In this document: one piece after another, positions 9,724 to 20,181 of the stretch
Numbering within the stretch: position 1 is the first letter of the stretch
How the letters are laid out: every line of letters starts with the position of its first letter
DNA from: a virus
Virus record (IMG/VR): IMGVR_UViG_3300045988_098681
DNA length: 64,000 bases
Direction: 5' to 3' (one strand)
Notes under the pieces: generated by a model
The model's database searches: none
What the model saw: the letters and a program-made list of their open reading frames with translations, nothing else
Told to the model about the DNA's origin: nothing
Translations under genes and position numbers: made by a program

Positions 9724-10245
9724 TTATTGAATTTTCACGAGGTCAACTTCAACTTCTTGCGTTTTATCATTCATAATTGTTTGGCTCTTGCCTGTATAGC
9801 CATCTGCTTCGACTGTTACGCTATATTTTTCATCGAGCATAGGAAGGCAATACTTAATATAATCTTCCCCTGTTGCAATCGGGTCAACAGCAATTGAGTT
9901 CTTATCGAGGACTTGTACTGTCGCTTCTTTTGGCGTAAATTTGACGGTTAAAATATAGCCATTGTTAAATGTGGTTACATTGCCAACTTTCACAAAGAAG
10001 TTCCCATCGAGTCCAACGCCACAATTCCCCGCAATCAAGTCTACATTTTTGCCATTGTTCTTGAGAGTTACACATGGTCTGTATCCGTCAACTTTTACAA
10101 TCTTGAAAGTTTCTCCATCCCACATTTGACCGCAACCTGTGACTGCTTTTTGAACATCTACCTCTTGTGCATTTGCAAGGCAAAGAACGCCGTTAATAGT
10201 TTTAAGGCTTGCATCGAATTTGAAGCCTCCGCAAAATTTAGCCAT
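9724..10245 (-). CDS. hypothetical protein (last gene of the late operon)
   Basis: 173-aa ORF with an AGGAGGT RBS. Confidence 0.6.
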   Translation of the reverse strand: MAKFCGGFKFDASLKTINGVLCLANAQEVDVQKAVTGCGQMWDGETFKIVKVDGYRPCVTLKNNGKNVDLIAGNCGVGLDGNFFVKVGNVTTFNNGYILTVKFTPKEATVQVLDKNSIAVDPIATGEDYIKYCLPMLDEKYSVTVEADGYTGKSQTIMNDKTQEVEVDLVKIQ

Positions 10246-10255
10246 TTGTTACCTC

Positions 10256-10426
10256 CTATAAATTCGTGTAATCTACACCATATCTGTCGAAAAGTTCTTT
10301 AATTTCTTGTCTTTTTACAAGTTGTTTTCTTTGCCCTTTGTTTACATTGTCAAAGAGCGTTTGGAGAGCTGAACCTGTATCGGTCTTGGCTTGTTCAACT
10401 CTTTCTTTAAGTAATTGTTTATTCAT
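10256..10426 (-). CDS. small hypothetical protein (56 aa; below the ORF-track cutoff)
   Basis: ATG at 10426 overlaps the upstream stop. Translated by eye as MNKQLLKERVEQAKTDTGSALQTLFDNVNKGQRKQLVKRQEIKELFDRYGVDYTNL. Confidence 0.35.
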   Translation of the reverse strand: MNKQLLKERVEQAKTDTGSALQTLFDNVNKGQRKQLVKRQEIKELFDRYGVDYTNL

Positions 10427-10634
10427 TAACATTTACCCCCAATTCTGTTAGAGCAGATTTATAATCTTGCTCTGTCGCTTGGTCGGATATTGATTTTTCA
10501 CTTGGATATTGTCCAGTGATTGCGTAAAAATCCTCTTTTGTAATATTACCCCTATCATAAATTTTTTGAAGCCTATCGAGGGTAATTCGTTTACTATTAT
10601 AAAGTCTTAAAAGACTATCGTTTAAAATTGACAT
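10419..10634 (-). CDS. XkdX-like small phage protein
   Basis: '..ITLDRLQKIYDRGNITKEDFYAITG' resembles the XkdX family C-terminus. Located downstream of the fibre genes. Confidence 0.5.
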   Translation of the reverse strand: MSILNDSLLRLYNSKRITLDRLQKIYDRGNITKEDFYAITGQYPSEKSISDQATEQDYKSALTELGVNVNE

Positions 10635-10906
10635 TATAGTACCCCGCTTTCAATTAGTGATAATGTATATTTATCGTTTGCATCATCAACAAGTATTTGT
10701 GCAATTTGTGCATGATTCTCTTTGTATTCCTCATATGTATATTGACGCTCTGTGTATTCGTAAATATCTGCTTGTTCTAATAATTCATTTAGTTCATTTT
10801 TTACTTCTGCTTTTTGAACGTTTGTGTGAACATATATTGTATCAACATTCATAATAAGTGGTGCAGATGCTTCTTTTGAGCCAGTAACCTTATCTATTTT
10901 TACCAT
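10634..10906 (-). CDS. hypothetical protein
   Basis: 90-aa ORF with a GGAGGGAG RBS, translationally coupled to the next ORF. Confidence 0.5.
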   Translation of the reverse strand: MVKIDKVTGSKEASAPLIMNVDTIYVHTNVQKAEVKNELNELLEQADIYEYTERQYTYEEYKENHAQIAQILVDDANDKYTLSLIESGVL

Positions 10907-10974
10907 TTCTCTCCCTCCTTCTTGTCCTATGAGGACGGAAAATCTTAATTGTATTTTTGATAGTTTGTGTTGTT

Positions 10975-12432
10975 TTATAAGTACATTAGGCGGGAACCGA
11001 GGTACGCATACGAGACCGACGCGGAGTTAATCACACTACAGTAGAACACTCCCGCAAAGTCACCACCATTCCAATGACCGCCGACAAAAGGAAAGCTAGA
11101 CGCGTAGAGAAGAGCGTAGTCGGAGTAATATGTGGCTGAACTGCCATTCGCAACTTTTAGAACAAAACCGCCGTTATTTGCTCCTTGCGATTCTTTCATA
11201 AAACCTTCAATATTACTTGTGACATCACTACTTACATTATATTCCCATGCACTTGCGCTTGTGTCTACACTAAAATTATCAGTTGTTGTAAGTAGATTTC
11301 TATTACTATTACTATACAAACCACTAATAAACTGATACACATTTCCCCACAAGTCCTCAAGACCAAACAACTTCATTCTATCATCACCACTGTTCGGATT
11401 GCCATAACACATACCCCGTGCATTAGTTGCGCCAGTTGTTTGAGCCCGTGACGCTGAGCCGCCTATAAACCCTTTACCAAGAGCCGCTTGTGAGTTCAAG
11501 TTACCATATTTCATTACATACAATGCCTGCACATAAGTCCATTGATAAAAAGCCATAATTTCATAGCCGGAGCCACGATTATGTGCATAATTGATAAAGT
11601 CAGTGATTGATGTATTTACAAGTGGCGCAAATCCACTATTGCTACCTAACTTGCTACTTGAACCTGTGGCACTATATGCACCAAGATAAAAGTAATCTTT
11701 TTGCACATTTCCACGTTTATGTGCTAGATACTGGAAATTACTATCGTTCTTTGCGTCAGTGAGTTTAATAGTAATAACCTTATTATTATCTGTACTGATA
11801 TCCAAACCCATTCTAGGGAACTCAATCATTACGTCGTAATTTGTATCTGTAATTGGTGCGGTTGAGCCGCTTGTGTATTTTGTAAAATCATTCGGATTCA
11901 AATATCCTTGCACTACACCATCGCGCATGATACAAGGTTTATAACCAAATATATCATCCCATTCACTCGAACCCTTTGTCATACCAACAGCATCATCTGC
12001 ATAGGTACAACAAGTGAGTGGGTTAGAATTGCTTTGGTCGATTCTAATTGTATATATTTTCTCTGCAACAGGTGTAACACTTACAATCTGCGACCCATCT
12101 GTGTTAATTCCACCACTTGTAGTTTTCGGAAATACAGAAATATAATATGTAACTCCATTCGTCAATCCAGTAACTGTAAGTGGATTGCTTGCATATTGAT
12201 TTCTAGTTGTTTCAACAACTGCCACTATTCCATCTGTTGCGCTCGTTGGTGCAGAACCAGCTTTATAGCGTACAACAGTCTCTTTCCATGTATAATTGTC
12301 ACCTTGAGCCGCTGGGTCATTCCATGTTAAACTAAATTGACCACTTCCTTTTGTAACGACAATATTTGTGCATGGTGGTGGAGCGATTGATGGGTTGGCT
12401 CCTGTACAACAATTCGTCCATCCTTGTGCCAT
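10975..12432 (-). CDS. tail fibre / receptor-binding protein candidate
   Basis: 485 aa. The N-terminal part is fibronectin-III-like ('FSLTWNDPAAQGDNYTWKETVVRYKAG..GVTYYISVFP'). Last large gene of the fibre cluster. Confidence 0.5.
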   Translation of the reverse strand: MAQGWTNCCTGANPSIAPPPCTNIVVTKGSGQFSLTWNDPAAQGDNYTWKETVVRYKAGSAPTSATDGIVAVVETTRNQYASNPLTVTGLTNGVTYYISVFPKTTSGGINTDGSQIVSVTPVAEKIYTIRIDQSNSNPLTCCTYADDAVGMTKGSSEWDDIFGYKPCIMRDGVVQGYLNPNDFTKYTSGSTAPITDTNYDVMIEFPRMGLDISTDNNKVITIKLTDAKNDSNFQYLAHKRGNVQKDYFYLGAYSATGSSSKLGSNSGFAPLVNTSITDFINYAHNRGSGYEIMAFYQWTYVQALYVMKYGNLNSQAALGKGFIGGSASRAQTTGATNARGMCYGNPNSGDDRMKLFGLEDLWGNVYQFISGLYSNSNRNLLTTTDNFSVDTSASAWEYNVSSDVTSNIEGFMKESQGANNGGFVLKVANGSSATYYSDYALLYASSFPFVGGHWNGGDFAGVFYCSVINSASVSYAYLGSRLMYL

Positions 12433-12433
12433 G

Positions 12434-13537
12434 TTAATTCTCCTTTGTTAATATAATGTTCGGAATTGTAATAGTGCCACTTGGTTTGCTTTTGCACCAA
12501 ATTGTAACAATCCCATTTCCACTTGTCGCACCAATGTAATTGCCACTTTCTTGCTCTGTTGGGGCAAAGTTGACAAGTGGAATATAATCTGCTGTCGCGC
12601 CTGTTACTGTTAAATTCGCCTTAAATTGGTAGTCAGTATAGGTTGTTGTGTCGCTAACCCATGCAGAAAGAGGACAAGATATATTTGTGACAACTTTTAT
12701 GTCTGGGATAGGTGTAGTGTTTGGAATTGCGCCTACATCAGATGCGGTAAGTGTGACTGCGCCTGTTTTGTTGTTTACAGAGGTAACTGGTGATATAGGA
12801 ATTTCATCAACAGTCCACACATTATCAGGACTCAAAAGAAATAAGATCATTCTATCGGGTTTGAATGTGATAAACGCAAAAGAATTATCAATGGGGAGAA
12901 CTGATAGTCCGGTTAATTCATGGTTATCGCTAAAAAGCACTTTTTTACCTGCATTAAACGCATTTACTACTTCTTGGTACGCTGTTACGTTGTACATAGC
13001 CCAAAATATATCAAGCTTTGATTCTAAAAACTTTTTATTAACAATACCCATATCGGTAGTTGGTCCTGCGGAAACTTCGATTTTACCACTGTACAATGCT
13101 TTAATGTAAGCATTTTGTTTATATTGACCATAATAATATCCATCTTCGCCATTCAAAAAACCTAACTCTATATTTCCGCCAAGAGAACTTCCTGAAATTA
13201 CTAATTCCTCAACGTCATCATTTATCTTAGTCCATGCCGCAGGAACTGTTCCCACATTTCCAGCAGTAAGCGTAATATCTGCGCTCAGAGCTTTGCCATT
13301 TACTTTTCTAGTATTCGGCACATATGTATTTTGCAACGTTGCAACCGCACCTTTAACCGCTGTCATATCGGTTTTAAGTGCGCTTGTATCGGTCTGCAAA
13401 CTCTCAATGTCCGATTCTGCCAGAGCTATATTATCTTCGTTTGTGTTAATACGAGTGGATAATGCCGTATCAGCATCATCCACATATTCTCTTGTTGTTA
13501 AATCTTTGGGGTCTTGAATTGTTCCTAAATATTTCAT
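12434..13537 (-). CDS. tail fibre protein
   Basis: 367 aa. N-terminal coiled coil, then repeated 'LTAGNVGTVP' / 'LTASDVGAIP' fibre-type motifs. Confidence 0.55.
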   Translation of the reverse strand: MKYLGTIQDPKDLTTREYVDDADTALSTRINTNEDNIALAESDIESLQTDTSALKTDMTAVKGAVATLQNTYVPNTRKVNGKALSADITLTAGNVGTVPAAWTKINDDVEELVISGSSLGGNIELGFLNGEDGYYYGQYKQNAYIKALYSGKIEVSAGPTTDMGIVNKKFLESKLDIFWAMYNVTAYQEVVNAFNAGKKVLFSDNHELTGLSVLPIDNSFAFITFKPDRMILFLLSPDNVWTVDEIPISPVTSVNNKTGAVTLTASDVGAIPNTTPIPDIKVVTNISCPLSAWVSDTTTYTDYQFKANLTVTGATADYIPLVNFAPTEQESGNYIGATSGNGIVTIWCKSKPSGTITIPNIILTKEN

Positions 13538-13553
13538 AGGCTTGACCTCCTTT

Positions 13554-14930
13554 TTATAATGTTGTTACCACAATCTTTACTACATAAGTAACCGCTTTAG
13601 CAATCGAAGCTGTTACTTTTGAGTCTTTTATAATTGAGTCTACAACAACCTCCTCCCCTGTTGTCGCATTTGTCGCAACAATAGAGAGGACTTCTTTATC
13701 ACCAATTTGGATTGCAACGCTCGTTGCACCAACAGCAATATTACCACTAACTTTTGTAATTGCTTTTGTTTTAAGTGTCGCAATATCAACAAGCGCACTT
13801 GTAAATTTTGTGTGGTCTTCGGCACTCATAAGCCCATTCACGCTATCGGTAGCAACCGTTGAAGGAATCGTAACCTCGTGTTCGCCCGCCGCAGTTAATC
13901 TGCCATATTGGTCTACGGTAAAACTAGGGACTTTGAATGTTGTGCCAAAAGCAGGAGTTTGTGCAGTTGAATCGCCATACCCACCTGTCGTAACGCCACT
14001 ATTTTCAAGTGCGATTTCTCTAGTTGTGCCTGTGCCTGTTACACTAATTGGGCTATCGCCTGTAATGCTCGTGATTGCACCATCAATATTAGTTTGTACT
14101 ACGTCCCAGTCGGAGTTTTGATTGCCTGTACCTTTTCTTGCTACAACAGCAATCATCAAATCGCCGACTTCGCACTTTTGCCCCACATAAGTTCCTGCTG
14201 TGCCAATCATATAGAGCCAACCTATATCGTAGGTAGTTGGAATATCGTCAACAGAATTGATCGTTCCTTTATAAACAATTCCTTGACTAGCAGAGATAAT
14301 TGCGTCAACATAAGCCTTAATAACTTTATTTTGAACCGCATTGGTGCTAGTTGCAGACATTTCAGTATCAACTACCGGTTGGTCTGTTAAATCATTATAG
14401 CTACCACTAAAGTCAGATGTACCTGCTCCAATATTGGCTCTAGCTTGAGTCTTTTGTTCGTTTGTTAAAGTTTGAGCCGTATATTTAACTGCGTTTGTAG
14501 TGACTTCCCCACTTTGCCCATCTACACTCGTGACAGGCGTAATCGTGTTATTACCTAAAGTGATAACGCCACCCTCAATTTTAGCATCCACAATGCCATA
14601 GCCCGCAAGTGTAGTTGGAGTATCTAATACACCACTCCATTCAACACTATCGGCAACTCCACCGCCTGTGGTAGACAATGTACCCTCGGGGCTAATTTGT
14701 AAGCCTCCGCCTACTTTAATACCACCAAGCGTAGATGAACTTGCGATAGGAAGTTCATAAATCCCACCAACAGGCTTCCATTCTGTGCCATTGTGTTGGT
14801 ACAAAAGTTTATCGGTTGTGTTAAAATAAAGTTGACCCGCTTTTCCATTTGCAGGTGGCGCAGCAAGATTTTGGATAACCGCATTTTGTAGCTCATTTTG
14901 CACTAAATCAATAGGAACTAAAAATTTCAT
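13554..14930 (-). CDS. tail fibre protein
   Basis: 458 aa. N-terminus 'MKFLVPIDLVQNELQNAVIQNLAAPPANGKAGQLYFNT' is typical of phage fibre proteins. Also 'LAGYGIVDA'. Confidence 0.6.
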   Translation of the reverse strand: MKFLVPIDLVQNELQNAVIQNLAAPPANGKAGQLYFNTTDKLLYQHNGTEWKPVGGIYELPIASSSTLGGIKVGGGLQISPEGTLSTTGGGVADSVEWSGVLDTPTTLAGYGIVDAKIEGGVITLGNNTITPVTSVDGQSGEVTTNAVKYTAQTLTNEQKTQARANIGAGTSDFSGSYNDLTDQPVVDTEMSATSTNAVQNKVIKAYVDAIISASQGIVYKGTINSVDDIPTTYDIGWLYMIGTAGTYVGQKCEVGDLMIAVVARKGTGNQNSDWDVVQTNIDGAITSITGDSPISVTGTGTTREIALENSGVTTGGYGDSTAQTPAFGTTFKVPSFTVDQYGRLTAAGEHEVTIPSTVATDSVNGLMSAEDHTKFTSALVDIATLKTKAITKVSGNIAVGATSVAIQIGDKEVLSIVATNATTGEEVVVDSIIKDSKVTASIAKAVTYVVKIVVTTL

Positions 14931-14945
14931 AAATTTGTCCTCCTT

Positions 14946-15320
14946 CTAGTTTAAGTAGCATGTTCCAGAAAACGATGCACTAAACTGTATCGTTAAATTC
15001 TCTTTGTCTAAATATGTAACTTCGCCCATAACTTGCGTCCCCGCAGAGTCCACCACCGTACAACTTGGGAACTTGTTGAGGGGGTGTTTAATCGTCCATA
15101 AATCGAGAGGGGTTTTCTGCTCATGTATAAATGTCTCGGGATTATTTACCCCATACAAGTACAAATCTTTTGAGGTCTTATCACCGATCAATTTTACGCC
15201 ATTGATAGAAGGTTTATTGTTGAGGTCATTATAATTTGAACTATCTATTGTTTGAGCAACGTTAGGTGTAACCAAAGCAATAGAGCCATCAATCGAGGCA
15301 ATTTCCATGTTAATTTCCAT
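14946..15320 (-). CDS. hypothetical tail-module protein
   Basis: 124-aa ORF coupled to the upstream gene. Confidence 0.5.
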   Translation of the reverse strand: MEINMEIASIDGSIALVTPNVAQTIDSSNYNDLNNKPSINGVKLIGDKTSKDLYLYGVNNPETFIHEQKTPLDLWTIKHPLNKFPSCTVVDSAGTQVMGEVTYLDKENLTIQFSASFSGTCYLN

Positions 15321-15673
15321 TATATCACCTCTTTATCAATCACCCTCACAACACGAATCTCATACTCAAGTGTGCCGATTATTTTATTTGTCGATTCGTT
15401 TTTTGCGCGAAGTTGTATTGAAATATTTTTATCCATTGTGAGCGTTTGTTCTTGTGTAAAAGTACACATAATCGCACACCCACAATCAGTTTGTGTAATT
15501 GTTAAATCTTCGTTCGTTAAGACGAAGTATTTGTTGACACCTGTTTTGACCGCAATACGCACATTATAACCTTGCGATAAATCATAGTCAACATTCAAAG
15601 TTAAAACAGGAGTTGTACCTTGCACGATTACAAGTGGTTTATCGACCTTGTAGCAATCGCTTTGACATCTCAT
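15320..15673 (-). CDS. hypothetical tail-module protein
   Basis: 117-aa ORF with a GGAGG RBS. Confidence 0.5.
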   Translation of the reverse strand: MRCQSDCYKVDKPLVIVQGTTPVLTLNVDYDLSQGYNVRIAVKTGVNKYFVLTNEDLTITQTDCGCAIMCTFTQEQTLTMDKNISIQLRAKNESTNKIIGTLEYEIRVVRVIDKEVI

Positions 15674-15732
15674 ATTATACCTCCTTTCTAACTAGCTATA
15701 AAATATTATTGTCAATATATATAGTATGCAAC

Positions 15733-16059
15733 TTAAAGTATATTAGATTCTACAAGAGACAATACAAGGTTATCTCTAATTTCATTTACAATTTTTTGTG
15801 GAACACCTCTATATTCTTCAACGGGTGCATCTTCATATTCAATCGAAAATCCATCAGTTGGAGTATATTTTACAAATCCTCGTTTGCCCTCTTTTCGTTC
15901 AATAACAGGGTATGACTCTACAAGAAACCCTGTCTCTTTAAGTTGTTCCTCTGTCTTGATAGTCCCATCTTCATTTTTTATTCCATATTGTTCATCAAAT
16001 GGTCTATAATGGGTCATAACAACTCTATTTGTATCCTTATTCGTTTGTATATAAACCAT
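15733..16059 (-). CDS. hypothetical protein
   Basis: 108-aa ORF with an AGGAGGG RBS. Confidence 0.5.
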   Translation of the reverse strand: MVYIQTNKDTNRVVMTHYRPFDEQYGIKNEDGTIKTEEQLKETGFLVESYPVIERKEGKRGFVKYTPTDGFSIEYEDAPVEEYRGVPQKIVNEIRDNLVLSLVESNIL

Positions 16060-16067
16060 AAGCCCTC

Positions 16068-16352
16068 CTATCCCATTTTAAGTGCAATATATCCATTCCC
16101 TGCGTTGCCATTGATAGCTTTTACAACAACACTATCCCCAACAGCTAGTGTATCTGAACTTTTGTTTTTTAGTCCAGTGTATGGTTTATCGCCACCTGCA
16201 ATTTGGACTGTATAATTTTGCCCATTTATTGAAAGAATTGTGCCATACATAATAGTCTCAACATTATTTTCTTTTAATATTCTACTACATTCGGAAGCCG
16301 CAATTTTCTTCATTATTTTTATCAATATACTCATCTCATCTTGTGTAAACAT
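16068..16352 (-). CDS. hypothetical protein
   Basis: Internal ATG 16352 preceded by GGAGGTGG. Starts just after the stop of the upstream gene. Confidence 0.5.
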   Translation of the reverse strand: MFTQDEMSILIKIMKKIAASECSRILKENNVETIMYGTILSINGQNYTVQIAGGDKPYTGLKNKSSDTLAVGDSVVVKAINGNAGNGYIALKMG

Positions 16353-16366
16353 CTTGCCACCTCCTT

Positions 16367-17566
16367 TTAGCTTGGGTAATATGGCAATGTTGCTATATTT
16401 GTGCAATCTATTGTCATGTTTGAGTGAATAGATAATGGTATAGAAATAGATTGAATAATAAATCTATTGTCAAAGTAATTAAAGAAATCATCTGTTATCG
16501 CAATACAATTATTCACATCTAAGTGTATCATAAATGCACTACTAATTTGTACAGTTTGTTGTACGATTGATAACTTGTTTAACTCATAGTCGGCTCTATC
16601 TTGGGCAAGTGTTTGAGTGTAGATATTGCTGTCCTCTAAGTAATAATTTTTTATACCTATTAAATCTACTCTCGTTTGGCTTCTTGGATTAGTATTTTCT
16701 GACACAGCTATGTAAAGTCCACCATCAGAATTTACATTTGCGCCAACTACTGTTACTCGATTACGAACATCGGTGAAATCATAATTTATATGACCCGAAA
16801 GATACTCATACTCGGTATCTTTGAATATCCATAAGGTTGGTTTATTTACTTGTGAAATATCCTTAATACCACTCTGAATTACCAAATTACCATTTGTATT
16901 ATAATAAATATCGCAAGCAATCATATTTGCTAATTCAATTAACATATCACCGTAGGATTCATTAGCAGATTTTGACAAAGTATAAACAGTGGATTCATTG
17001 ATAAGCGATGGGTCAAAGAAAATGGTCTTCAAATCAATCGGAACACCATTCCCATTATCTTGAAGTAAGGTATCTACAATTATATTATAAATCTTCTCTC
17101 CTGCATCAATCTCATAGGTCGCATCAAGAGTTCCACCAAGAGTTCCGTCTAGTAAAGCGAACTTATCATAACATTGTATATCAATTATTTTTCTTGCGTC
17201 TTCTCTTGTTATTTGTGGTGTACCGATAACAAATATCCCCGCGCTATTCCATACAACATCTCCGTTAGCCATTTCCATACCTAAATCTAATTGAAATTTT
17301 GTATTTACCCAAATTTTACTGTTAATACCATTCGGCGTAAATACTCCGCTCTCATTGTTGAGAGTAAAATTAAGGCTTCTTCTTTGACCTTGTGCATATT
17401 GAATTTGTAAACTTCCAGATCCTTGAATAAGATACTCACTTATATCCTCTCTAAAAGATTCATCTGGATATAACAAGCTCAATCGAAATCTAGGGCGAAT
17501 AGCTTGCTCTTTTACGATTTTAATATATTGTTGTGGGGGCATTTGATTGAAATTTATATTCGCCAT
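16367..17566 (-). CDS. hypothetical tail/baseplate protein
   Basis: 399-aa ORF in a tightly coupled tail gene string. Confidence 0.55.
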   Translation of the reverse strand: MANINFNQMPPQQYIKIVKEQAIRPRFRLSLLYPDESFREDISEYLIQGSGSLQIQYAQGQRRSLNFTLNNESGVFTPNGINSKIWVNTKFQLDLGMEMANGDVVWNSAGIFVIGTPQITREDARKIIDIQCYDKFALLDGTLGGTLDATYEIDAGEKIYNIIVDTLLQDNGNGVPIDLKTIFFDPSLINESTVYTLSKSANESYGDMLIELANMIACDIYYNTNGNLVIQSGIKDISQVNKPTLWIFKDTEYEYLSGHINYDFTDVRNRVTVVGANVNSDGGLYIAVSENTNPRSQTRVDLIGIKNYYLEDSNIYTQTLAQDRADYELNKLSIVQQTVQISSAFMIHLDVNNCIAITDDFFNYFDNRFIIQSISIPLSIHSNMTIDCTNIATLPYYPS

Positions 17567-17567
17567 A

Positions 17568-18416
17568 TTACCCTCCTATTACATTAACAGATTGAATATC
17601 ATTTAATTGAACAAAATTGAATGATACTTGTGTAATTTGCTCTACGGACTCATCAATATACCGCATATTGTTACCCATCGTAGACACAACCCAACCGTTT
17701 CCTTTTCTATCTCTTAGCAGTTTCGGCGTTGGTTGGGCTATAAAATCAACAAACCTATTATATTGTTCAACTGTGTCAACATATCTACCATCTTTTATAT
17801 TGTTAAGGAATGCAGTAATAGAACTTGATAAATAATTCTTTTTCCCGCTTGAAATTTTAGGGAATTGAGTAAAATTTTCAACTATATACTTATCTATATT
17901 TTGGTCGAAGCCACTAGATGTAAGCATAGTATCGAATAACCAAATATTATCACTATCAGCATAGTATAATCCGTTTATTCCGGAATCGTTTAATCCAACA
18001 ATAGACCAATTCCACCAAGATGCTTTTACAAAGTCCTTTTGTTCGAGTGGTGCTGAAATATAGTTCTCTGTCTCTGCAAAAATTGTATATTGATATTCAT
18101 CGTTATTTAATACATTAAAATCAGATACTTTATATTGAGCCGCCGGAACCTTGGCAACAAAAGTAAAGACAGAATCATCGGGTTTTCTTTTGTATATTTG
18201 CCAAGCTATAACATTATCAGATAATCCCACTACATTTCCACCATTTATATCAGAGTTAAATGGAGCAAGCATAAGTGTTGTATCGTCCCATTGTGGCGAA
18301 TAAGTATAAGCTGACACAGTATCTATTTCAGACTGCTCTGCCACATAATTTTTTATCCAAACATAATCTACAATAGAATTGCCATAAAGAGTTGCTTTGT
18401 TATATGAAAGTTGCAT
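17568..18416 (-). CDS. hypothetical tail/baseplate protein
   Basis: 282-aa ORF. Confidence 0.55.
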   Translation of the reverse strand: MQLSYNKATLYGNSIVDYVWIKNYVAEQSEIDTVSAYTYSPQWDDTTLMLAPFNSDINGGNVVGLSDNVIAWQIYKRKPDDSVFTFVAKVPAAQYKVSDFNVLNNDEYQYTIFAETENYISAPLEQKDFVKASWWNWSIVGLNDSGINGLYYADSDNIWLFDTMLTSSGFDQNIDKYIVENFTQFPKISSGKKNYLSSSITAFLNNIKDGRYVDTVEQYNRFVDFIAQPTPKLLRDRKGNGWVVSTMGNNMRYIDESVEQITQVSFNFVQLNDIQSVNVIGG

Positions 18417-18419
18417 GTC

Positions 18420-19874
18420 TTACGCCTCCTCTATCGTTGCTGTAAAAGCGTCTGTTGTGATGGTGCGAGATGCTGTAACGGATGTATCTATAAAACGCGC
18501 AGATGATGGATATGAAGAATAATACACATGTCCATACTCGTCTAGCACATAAGCGAACATATTTTGGCACTTTAACACAATATCTTCGTTGTCGGCAGCT
18601 TTAATCTTATATATGTATCCTGCAATATTGACACTCATAGTAAATACAAATTTGTCCCAAATAAGAGTGCCAGAACTTGTACCTATTGTATATTTCTTTT
18701 GCCAAATATTTGTATCTGATACTGGTTGTATGCTTTCAGTGTGTCTAAAAATAGCAGTCCAATTTTGATTTGTATCTTGTATTGCCATTGTAAATTTTCT
18801 TGCACCAACACCAGAATATTGTACGTCATATGTTAACCCTACTATTGTAGTTGTTCCAACACTACCGCTTGTTCCATACCAAGGATAAGAATAAGTTCCT
18901 TCTGATAAAAGAGAACCATCGTTAATACTATAACTTGTTATTAAAACGCTAGAAGCATATGAATAACATAAGTAAATATTTCCAACATTTACACGTCCAT
19001 TGGTTGAATCATATGAAGTCGAATTTCTCATTATTGTGCCTTTTTCAAAGCCATGAGTTCCAGATATATTCTTTTTAAAAGCGACACTTCCTGTTTGAGT
19101 GTCTATACAAACGATAACAGGAGACCCACTTGTTAATGGTATAACAGTGAATACAATCGCACTATCATTTATGTTCTTAAAAACGTCATATTTTTGTAAT
19201 GAACCAGTTTCGTATTTTATAGCAGATAAATCTGTTCCATTTTTTATAATTACTATATAATTATCACCTTGGCTCTGGTCGGAATAATTCATTTGGGCTG
19301 TTATAATATATAATTCATCTCTACCAGCGAGATTGTTATAAATAGGTACAACATCCACACTAGTGCTCATTGTGCCGTCAGAACTTACTACAATATATTG
19401 CGATAAATCGAATGTTGCTATTATTTCGTTGCTTGTTTTATTGATGCAATATACAAGTTTATCGTCATTAACATAGCAATATACTAAAAATTTTCCAAAA
19501 TAACAATAGTTAAACGGTTCAGGATATGGTGATTCAAATGATTCTGGAGAAACTATTCCAGAAATAGCAGTTTCTTTTATTTCCAAATTACTAAAACTTG
19601 TAATCTCATATTCAATTCCATAATCATCATCAAGTAAAAAAGCAACGCTTTTATTTGCGCTCTCATCGAATGAATTAAAATTTCCATTGACATTAAAAAG
19701 TGTGGTGCCAGTCCTGATATTTGAACTAGTTAAGTTTTTATCTCCATAAATTGTTAAATCTTTATCTAATAATGTATCTTTTGGTATAATTTGATTATTT
19801 GTACTAGGAGTAATACTTTCTATATTTAATGGATTTCCACTTTGACCGCCTATCATTCCATACGCATTTGCCAT
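18420..19874 (-). CDS. hypothetical tail protein
   Basis: 484-aa ORF. Its N-terminal ~95 aa are paralogous to the preceding 97-aa ORF. Confidence 0.55.
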   Translation of the reverse strand: MANAYGMIGGQSGNPLNIESITPSTNNQIIPKDTLLDKDLTIYGDKNLTSSNIRTGTTLFNVNGNFNSFDESANKSVAFLLDDDYGIEYEITSFSNLEIKETAISGIVSPESFESPYPEPFNYCYFGKFLVYCYVNDDKLVYCINKTSNEIIATFDLSQYIVVSSDGTMSTSVDVVPIYNNLAGRDELYIITAQMNYSDQSQGDNYIVIIKNGTDLSAIKYETGSLQKYDVFKNINDSAIVFTVIPLTSGSPVIVCIDTQTGSVAFKKNISGTHGFEKGTIMRNSTSYDSTNGRVNVGNIYLCYSYASSVLITSYSINDGSLLSEGTYSYPWYGTSGSVGTTTIVGLTYDVQYSGVGARKFTMAIQDTNQNWTAIFRHTESIQPVSDTNIWQKKYTIGTSSGTLIWDKFVFTMSVNIAGYIYKIKAADNEDIVLKCQNMFAYVLDEYGHVYYSSYPSSARFIDTSVTASRTITTDAFTATIEEA

Positions 19875-19885
19875 AATATTACCTC

Positions 19886-20179
19886 CTATCTTTGAATTGA
19901 TGTTATTTTATATACAGAATAGCCTCCATCAATATATAAGTATGCAGTCCCTATTCCACCTACATTCTGAACCGCAACAGCAGAACCACTGATTCCGAAT
20001 ATTGAAATGCCCAATTTTATATTTTTAGAGACTAAATTAGCATCCCCTTTAACAATCGTTTCCTCATCAAAATATGTGTCAACAGGAATTACGATATTAT
20101 TTGTAGTAGGTATAATTGGGTTGCTCCCAGTATAATAATCTCCACCAAGACCACCTACAAGACTATAAGCATCTGCCAT
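19886..20179 (-). CDS. hypothetical protein (short paralog of the N-terminus of 18420-19874)
   Basis: MADAYSLVGG..PTTNNIVIPVDT..GDANLVSKNI aligns with MANAYGMIGG..PSTNNQIIPKDT..GDKNLTSSNI. Confidence 0.5.
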   Translation of the reverse strand: MADAYSLVGGLGGDYYTGSNPIIPTTNNIVIPVDTYFDEETIVKGDANLVSKNIKLGISIFGISGSAVAVQNVGGIGTAYLYIDGGYSVYKITSIQR

Positions 20180-20181
20180 AT

